64,000 nucleotides of DNA. Source: a bacterium (GTDB lineage Bacteria > Patescibacteriota > Minisyncoccia > JAUYLV01). The DNA is taken from contig JAUSGO010000028.1 of assembly GCA_030649025.1 (NCBI GenBank), positions 1,074 through 65,073 of the forward strand. The letters are read 5' to 3'. The position numbers and the translations under genes are program-made. Below are positions 57,411-64,000 of this stretch, piece after piece; positions within the stretch are counted from its first letter, which is position 1, and each line of letters starts with the position of its first letter. The notes under the pieces are model-generated. The model saw only the letters and a program-made list of their open reading frames with translations, had not been told where the DNA came from and did not search any database.

Positions 57411-58673
57411 ATGCAAACAAGAGATCCATTGAAGTTCAGGAAAGCTTCACTCTCCAATGGTATTACGGCATACCTCAACCTTGCATTGCCAATCAATGGC
57501 GTATTGCTGGGCATGGTATTTCCGGCGGGAAGCCGAGACGACGAGATGGGCAAAGAAGGTTGCGCGCACTTTACGGAGCATATGCTATTCAAGGGCACGA
57601 GGCGCTTCCATGACAAGGTTGCAATTGCCGCACCCATCGAGCGCTGCGGAGGCCACGTGGAAGCCTGCACCATGGCTGAGAAAATGATATTTGGGGCAAG
57701 GGTGCTATCTGAAGATATTGAAACCGCGGCAATCGCCCTTAACGACCTTACGGTCCACGCGCTCAACCGTCAAAAAGACTTTGTAAAAGAGCGGGGAGTC
57801 ATCTCCAAAGAATGGAAGGAGTACTTCTCTGACGCGGATGCCTATGCCGTAAAGCTGCTTCACGGCCACCTCTTTAAAAATCATCCGCTTGCCCACTCGA
57901 TCATCGGAGAAAAAAAGACCATCAGGGCGCTCACGGTTGCCGACATCCGTAATTTTTATGACCGCTTCATCCGCACAGGACCCTTTACGCTTTTTGCTAT
58001 CGGCGGGGCAAACACTTCACAAGTTATGCGCACTCTTGAAAAAGTTTTCGGCAAGCGGCGAGTTGCGCCTACTCTCCGAAAACCGTCTGCGCTATCTGCG
58101 GTGGCTCCTGCGCGCATCAAAGTCAACGATATGCCCTATCCACAGACTTTCGTCTTGCTTGGAACTCGCATGTTCCCCGCAAGAGACCGGAAGCGCAGTG
58201 TGGCCATGGATGTCCTTACCATTATGCTACAGGATGGCATATCTTCCCCCTTATTCATGGCCCTGCGTGAACCAAAAAGGGGAGCGGGACTTGCGTACAG
58301 CTTTAATTTCTCCTGTTGCGGTCATACGGAGGCAAGCCTTGCCGCCTTCGGCGTGATGACAAGCTATAAAGATGTCAATCGCGTCACACGGGTATTCCAC
58401 GAAACCCTCGCAAAGGTCGTAACAGATGCCTCCAGATTCAAGGAGGTTAAAACTGCCATTGTAAAGAGCGGACAGCTCGAAGAATGGGAAGCGGGCGAAA
58501 TACTTGATGCCGCATCATATGCCGTTGTCGAATGCGGTGAAGACCCCCGCCCCACAAGCGCATACTTCGATGATGTATCGCGGGTTACCATGGAAGATGT
58601 AGCGTTTTTAGCGAATGAGTATTTGATGCCGGAACATTTTACCACCGTTGTGGTAAGGGGGTCGGTCACATGA
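57411..58673 (+). CDS. M16 family zinc peptidase (pitrilysin/insulinase-like)
   Basis: Inverted zinc motif HFTEHMLFKGT...; two M16 half-domains. Confidence 0.75.
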   Translation: MQTRDPLKFRKASLSNGITAYLNLALPINGVLLGMVFPAGSRDDEMGKEGCAHFTEHMLFKGTRRFHDKVAIAAPIERCGGHVEACTMAEKMIFGARVLSEDIETAAIALNDLTVHALNRQKDFVKERGVISKEWKEYFSDADAYAVKLLHGHLFKNHPLAHSIIGEKKTIRALTVADIRNFYDRFIRTGPFTLFAIGGANTSQVMRTLEKVFGKRRVAPTLRKPSALSAVAPARIKVNDMPYPQTFVLLGTRMFPARDRKRSVAMDVLTIMLQDGISSPLFMALREPKRGAGLAYSFNFSCCGHTEASLAAFGVMTSYKDVNRVTRVFHETLAKVVTDASRFKEVKTAIVKSGQLEEWEAGEILDAASYAVVECGEDPRPTSAYFDDVSRVTMEDVAFLANEYLMPEHFTTVVVRGSVT

Positions 58674-58700
58674 GCGAATTTCCGGAGAAAGGAGGAGTGT

Positions 58701-59132
58701 ATGCATCGCGACACGATTGAAGAGGAAAAAATTTCCCACGCACTTGATTTCGCAAGTTGGTACTTTACGCTTTTTGTCGATATCCTGAGTGCCGATGTTT
58801 ACACGATACAATATCGGAATCTGAAAAAGTCTCGGGTGGTCGCTGACAGAGTATGCGTGGGACAAACCGTTTTCGACACCCATGCCATTCTCATAGACCG
58901 CAGAAGGGGCGACGCAACCAGAACCCTCGTCCATGAACTCTGCCATGTGGTGCTAGAGCCTCTCGTTGAAGATTTTCATGAACTTATTACAGAGAATCGC
59001 GTGACCTACCTTGAAACCCTCTTATGGGAAGCATTTAGCGACCGGCAAAAAAGAGTTTTGCGCGCCTTTCTTCCCCTCGGACGCAGAAAATCAGAGATCA
59101 AAATAAGAAAGAAAAAGTCCAAGCGAGCCTAG
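58701..59132 (+). CDS. small HExxH-motif protein (putative zincin-like metallopeptidase, SprT/DUF45-like)
   Basis: TLVHELCHVVLEP; 143 aa; immediately downstream of M16 peptidase. Confidence 0.4.
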   Translation: MHRDTIEEEKISHALDFASWYFTLFVDILSADVYTIQYRNLKKSRVVADRVCVGQTVFDTHAILIDRRRGDATRTLVHELCHVVLEPLVEDFHELITENRVTYLETLLWEAFSDRQKRVLRAFLPLGRRKSEIKIRKKKSKRA

Positions 59133-59178
59133 ATCACCTGCTCGCTTTTTTGTTTGAAAATGCGTATAATGATGACTG

Positions 59179-60753
59179 ATGCATATTGAGATAAAAGATC
59201 GGCTGTATCTTCGCATCGGCAAAGCATCAGACGTTCAAAACCCGCGCGAGCGGGTGTTTTACCGAATTTTAGAGATGCTTCCCGGCGTGCTTGCGTGGGG
59301 AACTCTTTTGGGGGCCGTTCTTGCCTCTTGGTTTTGGCCGATGGGTGCGGCGATCTTTATTATTCTCTTCGACGTTTACTGGCTTTTAAAAACAATATTT
59401 TTTTCTCTACATCTCGTTTCCGCTTATCGAAGAATGAAAGAGAATCTTGCGACGGACTGGATGCAAAAACTCCACGTTCTGCGGCTTCCTTCATCGCGCC
59501 TACCAAGCCTTGGGGCATGGCGCGACGTATACCATCTTGTTATCCTCCCCTTTTATGATGAACCGGCGGAGCTTATCCGCTCATCCCTGGAGGCCCTGAG
59601 AACCTCCCGCTATCCTCTTGAAAGACTCATTGTGGTGCTTGCATCCGAGAATCGCGCGGGAGAGCTCGGCAAAAACATTGCCGTCCTTATGGAGCAGGAA
59701 TTTGGAAAATCATTTTTTAAGTTTCTCATCACCGTGCATCCGGCAAACATCGCGGGAGAAATCGCCGGCAAGGGCTCAAATGAGGCCTGGGCGGGCAGAG
59801 AAGCACAAAAACTCATTGATGCACTACGCATTCCCCACGAACACGTGCTCGTCTCGGTGTTTGATAGCGACACGAGAGCGCATCCGGGATACTTTGGCTG
59901 TCTTACCTGGAACTTTCTTACGGCCCAAAATCCCCTGCGTTCAAGTTATCAGCCGGTGCCGGTATTCACGAACAACATCTGGGAGGCGCCTTTTTTCTCG
60001 CGCGTGGTTGCTTCCAGCTCAACATTCTGGCACATGATGAAACAGGAGAACGAAGAACGCCTAACGACATTTTCTTCTCATGCCATGAGCTTTGCGGCTA
60101 TTGTGAAGATGGATTTTTGGCAAACGAATATTGTTTCGGAGGATTCGCGCGTGTTTTGGCAGGCACTGCTTGCTTTTGACGGTGATTATAGAGTCGTTCC
60201 GCTGCATTATCCGGTTGCAATGGACGCATGTCTTGCGCACACGCTTTGGCAGACCGCGCGCAACCAATACAAACAGCAACGGCGCTGGGGATGGGGCATA
60301 GAAAATGTACCGTACACGCTATTCGGGTTTTGGAAGAATCCTGCAATTGCCCTGCGGAAAAAAATCCGCTACGCGTTTATGCAGATCGAGGGATTTTGGT
60401 CGTGGAGCACGAACGCGATACTCCTTTTTGTTCTCGGCTGGCTTCCTCTGGCGCTCGGCGGCGAAGTATTCAATCGCACCGTGCTTTCCTATAACTTGCC
60501 ACTCATTGCCCGCACGCTCATGTCGCTCGCGCTTGTGGGCATGTTCGTGTCTACCGCAATAAGCTTGCTGCTTCTGCCCAGACGCCCCGAGCGCTACGGA
60601 AAGAAAAAAACCGCTGCAATGGTCTTGCAATGGCTCTTCCTTCCGATCTCTGTTATGGTTCTGGGTGCCTTTCCGGGACTTGAAGCGCAAACACGCCTCA
60701 TGCTTGGCCGTTATATGGGATTTTGGGTAACAGAGAAGGCGCGCAAGGCCTAG
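59179..60753 (+). CDS. processive family-2 glycosyltransferase (cellulose/chitin/hyaluronan-synthase-like) membrane protein
   Basis: DSD (VFDSDTRAHPGYF) and QQRRW (QxxRW) motifs; TM helices at N-terminus and C-terminal half. Confidence 0.7.
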   Translation: MHIEIKDRLYLRIGKASDVQNPRERVFYRILEMLPGVLAWGTLLGAVLASWFWPMGAAIFIILFDVYWLLKTIFFSLHLVSAYRRMKENLATDWMQKLHVLRLPSSRLPSLGAWRDVYHLVILPFYDEPAELIRSSLEALRTSRYPLERLIVVLASENRAGELGKNIAVLMEQEFGKSFFKFLITVHPANIAGEIAGKGSNEAWAGREAQKLIDALRIPHEHVLVSVFDSDTRAHPGYFGCLTWNFLTAQNPLRSSYQPVPVFTNNIWEAPFFSRVVASSSTFWHMMKQENEERLTTFSSHAMSFAAIVKMDFWQTNIVSEDSRVFWQALLAFDGDYRVVPLHYPVAMDACLAHTLWQTARNQYKQQRRWGWGIENVPYTLFGFWKNPAIALRKKIRYAFMQIEGFWSWSTNAILLFVLGWLPLALGGEVFNRTVLSYNLPLIARTLMSLALVGMFVSTAISLLLLPRRPERYGKKKTAAMVLQWLFLPISVMVLGAFPGLEAQTRLMLGRYMGFWVTEKARKA

Positions 60754-60760
60754 AATCATT

Positions 60761-61414
60761 TTATTCACCGTTGAGGGTAAGCGTGGATAAAATTTGATTA
60801 TAGCGATCAACTGCCGACTGAAAAAGCTTTTCTCCCTCCACGTTGAGTCCGACCTCGTAGACGCCGCTCGTTATTTTTAGATAGCGATGCAGTCCCATAT
60901 AGTTGATCTGACGGTTGTCCTCGCGCGCCTCCCAAAAAATTCTATCGTTCACCTGAACATACCGCATGCCCGAAACGACGCCGCTGTTTGCCGTGATATT
61001 TTCCTGCTCGTCCTTCCAGAACTCTTCCATAGAGGCATAGGGCTCTCTGCCCAGAGGTATTTTTTTTCTTGTGAGCGTAATAAGGGATTGCTTCCCTTCG
61101 GTCTCGTCGCGTGAGAGCGTCAGTATCGCAAAATCAGATTCCGCCTGTCCGCGAAGCGACACGCTCTCCGGATATTTCACAGAGAATCCTAGCTTTTCAT
61201 TTAGGTATTCCTTCCACCCATCGGTGTTTACTTTCACTAAAATGCGTTCCTGCGGCGCATCCGACCCCGGGGACGCTGAAGGACCGGGGAAAGATCCTCC
61301 CGTTCTTTTGAAATACTGCTGGAGCAAAACTCCAAAAATAAGTATGGCTATCGCCGCAAGCCATGCCTTTTTCGCATTTGAAAATAAGTTGAGTCCGGAT
61401 TGGATTTCTGACAT
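60761..61414 (-). CDS. hypothetical membrane-anchored secreted protein
   Basis: N-terminal TM (AWLAAIAILIFGVLL) then soluble domain. Confidence 0.45.
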   Translation of the reverse strand: MSEIQSGLNLFSNAKKAWLAAIAILIFGVLLQQYFKRTGGSFPGPSASPGSDAPQERILVKVNTDGWKEYLNEKLGFSVKYPESVSLRGQAESDFAILTLSRDETEGKQSLITLTRKKIPLGREPYASMEEFWKDEQENITANSGVVSGMRYVQVNDRIFWEAREDNRQINYMGLHRYLKITSGVYEVGLNVEGEKLFQSAVDRYNQILSTLTLNGE

Positions 61415-61596
61415 GGGTTGATTGTGCTGGCCGTATGCCGCCTCTAAAGACTCTGCCCATTTGCAGCCCCGGCAGAAGATGGGAATTGATTGCGCCCGGT
61501 CTTTTTGGGTGCGCTCGGCCGATAAGTTGCGTCGGCATTTTATTCTTAAAAGATTCTAATGCGGCAGCCCATTCTTGTCCAGCCCCCATACAAATC

Positions 61597-62133
61597 TTAT
61601 AGATCACGGATCTCCCACATATGAGTAACGATGTTCTTGACAAAAGTGATGTTCTGCGCGCGATAAACATATAATACCTCATCCGAGCTTATATTTTTCT
61701 TTTCCCACAAAGACGGGATTTTCGAGAGCTCCTCGTGCATGGCCGCAAGTCCTCCGCCAGCCTTGATCTGCCGAAGACTTTCCTCCCAACCTTGCCGGCG
61801 CGGAATCACGAAATACCTGCTCGCAAGCTCTGTATCGCCGCTCTTAAGCGCCTCAAGAAACATCACAAATGTTTCTTCGGGGGTAGGGCCGCCCTGCGCA
61901 CCGTTTTCCGCAAGCTCCGCGCCGCTTGCCCCCGCTCCGACGGAAATAGATTTTTCGTTTTCTCCCCCCGCGGGCTGCTGCTCAACGCGATACTCTCTTT
62001 TCACCACAAGCACGATAAGCACAAGTATCCCCAGAGAACCGAATACAAGAATATGGAATGTGTTATGCCAGCGAGTGAGCATGTTTCTTATTATACGATA
62101 AGATGGGATGCTCTGCGATATTATATTAAACAA
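61597..62133 (-). CDS. hypothetical membrane-anchored protein
   Basis: N-terminal TM (FHILVFGSLGILVLIVLVV); no motif. Confidence 0.45.
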   Translation of the reverse strand: MFNIISQSIPSYRIIRNMLTRWHNTFHILVFGSLGILVLIVLVVKREYRVEQQPAGGENEKSISVGAGASGAELAENGAQGGPTPEETFVMFLEALKSGDTELASRYFVIPRRQGWEESLRQIKAGGGLAAMHEELSKIPSLWEKKNISSDEVLYVYRAQNITFVKNIVTHMWEIRDL

Positions 62134-62182
62134 AATGACGAGTGTTAATTTTTTAGCTTACTTTAGCCATTTTTCTTGCTAT

Positions 62183-62211
62183 TGACAAAAGGTTGTTTAA
62201 CATGGTAGAAT
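62183..62211 (+). promoter_or_regulatory. sigma70-like promoter
   Basis: TTGACA - 17 nt - TAGAAT, about 45 nt upstream of GGAGG RBS and start of 62258 gene. Confidence 0.45.
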
Positions 62212-62257
62212 TTAAACACTGGTTCTTCACAAAAATGTCTAGACAAGGAGGAATGGC

Positions 62258-62902
62258 ATGCCGAAATCAACGTCGGTTGAACTGGCAGACACCCGCGGTT
62301 TCGGTCCACAGGTGTGGGCCAAGCTCGGGGGTGTGAACGTCCCCGACTCACACGGATGCAGGGGTGGGGCTTTCGCTTCTTACATCGGATGCGAGGATGC
62401 TCGCGAAGACGAGGAAGTCGCGCGTGGCCTTGACCCTCTCCGACCGGGCTTTGTGCCCATGGAGGAGTTCGGGGAACACGAGAGCCTGTATTTTGAGAGT
62501 GCGGAGGAAAAGTGGAAGAAGGAGGATTGTTCCACAATCCGCATTCAGGGGGCTGCAAGCGCGGCAATCGCAAACGCCGCCCTGAAGTATCCCGAACTTC
62601 TGCCCACTATTTATGAACAGGCGGCGGAATTCGGGGGCAACGGGCAACGGCAAAACGAGATCCTCGCCCTCCTGGTCGAGGTAACGCGGAAAATCGTCGT
62701 TCAGAAAGGGGCGAGGGCTGTTATCCGAATCCTCTCCACCACATCCTTCGGCGAGCGGGAAATGTGCTATACCGCCCTCGAGCGGTTTGCCGGGCAGGAA
62801 CTCGCCCGGCAGAGACATCCCCGTAACGGAAAGTTGGAGCGGGGGTTTGCCTGCGGTATCATGTCGGCGCTCGGCGTCGACATGCGCCACATACTACGCT
62901 AA
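62258..62902 (+). CDS. hypothetical protein
   Basis: 214-aa ORF with RBS caaggagg; no motif. Confidence 0.45.
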   Translation: MPKSTSVELADTRGFGPQVWAKLGGVNVPDSHGCRGGAFASYIGCEDAREDEEVARGLDPLRPGFVPMEEFGEHESLYFESAEEKWKKEDCSTIRIQGAASAAIANAALKYPELLPTIYEQAAEFGGNGQRQNEILALLVEVTRKIVVQKGARAVIRILSTTSFGEREMCYTALERFAGQELARQRHPRNGKLERGFACGIMSALGVDMRHILR

Positions 62903-63009
62903 AACCAAGGGAATCAACTCAACGGAGGCTCGCAACGCGAGCCTCCGTGAACTTTTTATAGCATGGTTTTTGTCCCGATTCCTTCTGGTTTTTCGCGGTT
63001 TATGATAAA

Positions 63010-64000
63010 ATGGAAAGAATGGCGGATAAGCAGCATATCGAAAAATCGTATACGGAAGAAGGCCGGGATACCGGGTCGTTTTTCGTGCGTACCATGAAAA
63101 AAGACATTGAACGCCTGAGGCAGGGATTGCCGATTCACGAAAATACCGTGACCGGCAAAGTTCTGCCGCCGCAGCGATACGATACGCCGCAAAAACTTGC
63201 CACAACCGTGCAGGCGCATAGTCCCGTTGAACAGCCACCGAAAGAATCCGCCACGACCATCCCGGGAGTTGAGGCGGCAAGACCCCAAATAAACCCTGCC
63301 CCACAAGAAGAAGTGCGTGCCGCATCGCGCCAAATTCCGCCCATATCTCAAAGACCATTTCCATTGCAGGCGCCACCGTGGCAAGAGCGTCCGATAGAAA
63401 CCATACAGCCCCAAGCGCGCCCCGCACAGCCCCAAGTTCCCCGAACGGGAAAGATGGAGATAGAAAAAACCCAAGCGATAGAACCGGCCCTTACGCTATT
63501 CCAACGCATATTCCCTACACGAAAACGCCTCGCCGTAGTTCTTTGTGTCACGCTGGCGCTGTTGACGCTGGGGATATATGCTCTTTTTGCCTATTTTGGA
63601 AAGCCCCTTCCGGGAACACGCTTTGTATTCTCCGACCCGACGCCCACGCCATTCTCCGTAAAAACGCCTTCTCCATCCCCGACAACTCCAGAGGTTGTAA
63701 TAACGCCCACCTCAATATCAACGCCGACTCCTTCTCCATCTCCAGGGCCCCTGGCGCGCACTCCACATCTCCCTATAAGCCGCCTTGCGCTGGTCGATCT
63801 TCCGGAAAGTGCGACAAAGCTAGACCTTGCAGAACAGCTCACCGGCTTTGCAAATATCAGCCAAAATCCGGGAGACTTCACGCAAGTCATTGTCCGCCAC
63901 GAATCAACCGAGACGCCCTTCGGAGCAAGTGAGTTGTTTCAATTCTTTGGCATCTCTGCGCCCGAAGGGTTTTTCGGCGAGCTTTCCCAAGACATTACGC
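63010..64000 (+). CDS. hypothetical membrane-anchored protein with Pro-rich N-terminus, single TM and PT/SP-rich linker; 3' partial (runs off window); not in ORF track
   Basis: ATG 63010, open frame to window end (330 aa); TM LAVVLCVTLALLTLGIYALFAYF then TPTPFSVKTPSPSPTTPEVVITPTSISTPTPSPSPGP, matching the linker style of other surface proteins here. Confidence 0.5.
   Translation, partial: MERMADKQHIEKSYTEEGRDTGSFFVRTMKKDIERLRQGLPIHENTVTGKVLPPQRYDTPQKLATTVQAHSPVEQPPKESATTIPGVEAARPQINPAPQEEVRAASRQIPPISQRPFPLQAPPWQERPIETIQPQARPAQPQVPRTGKMEIEKTQAIEPALTLFQRIFPTRKRLAVVLCVTLALLTLGIYALFAYFGKPLPGTRFVFSDPTPTPFSVKTPSPSPTTPEVVITPTSISTPTPSPSPGPLARTPHLPISRLALVDLPESATKLDLAEQLTGFANISQNPGDFTQVIVRHESTETPFGASELFQFFGISAPEGFFGELSQDIT

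Noticed and set aside
62894-63474. Two overlapping minus-strand ORFs (177 and 172 aa)
   Set aside because: They are mutually overlapping and featureless, and they conflict with a + strand frame that has a TM helix and lineage-typical PT linker.

Overview
This 64-kb window reads as a compact, gene-dense bacterial chromosome segment. By inference it comes from a small-genome lineage with a Gram-positive-like envelope, possibly Patescibacteria/CPR-like: there are sortases, surface proteins with Pro/Thr-rich linkers, a type IV pilus/competence gene set, a truncated Mfd and few regulators. I did not detect rRNA, CRISPR arrays, transposases or integrases.

Main gene content:
- a sortase–surface-protein cassette (2459-7972) with two sortase-family genes flanking two large DUF11 / PT-repeat / poly-Gly surface proteins
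- a type IV pilus core cluster (pilB, pilC, three prepilin-type pseudopilins and a large pilus-associated protein)
- housekeeping genes (rarA, apt, pth, mfd-like, recG, efp, parA/parB, rel, class-III aminotransferase, proline dehydrogenase)
- a separately encoded ComEC channel plus ComEC-type metallo-beta-lactamase (MBL) nuclease pair, and a VirD4/TraG-like ATPase next to tRNA-Gly
- an S55 (SpoIVB-like) peptidase and a PrkA-YeaH(DUF444)-SpoVR operon
- M16 peptidase, GT4 and processive GT2 glycosyltransferases, an LCP-family protein and a VIT-family transporter.

The most unusual signal is a family of at least five about 70-80 nt two-hairpin structured elements, always juxtaposed to tRNA genes or to tRNA-like paralog fragments. 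Each has a 10-12 bp perfect hairpin with a variable, covarying stem, followed by a 5-7 bp stem closing a roughly 24-nt loop with a conserved GTTTC-N-GAAAAATAA motif. They sit at three loci: tRNA-Ser(UGA), tRNA-Gly(CCC) and tRNA-Leu(CAA). The adjacent tRNA paralog pieces carry compensatory stem substitutions, so they look structurally maintained rather than decaying. Low-GC islets lie beside two of these loci.
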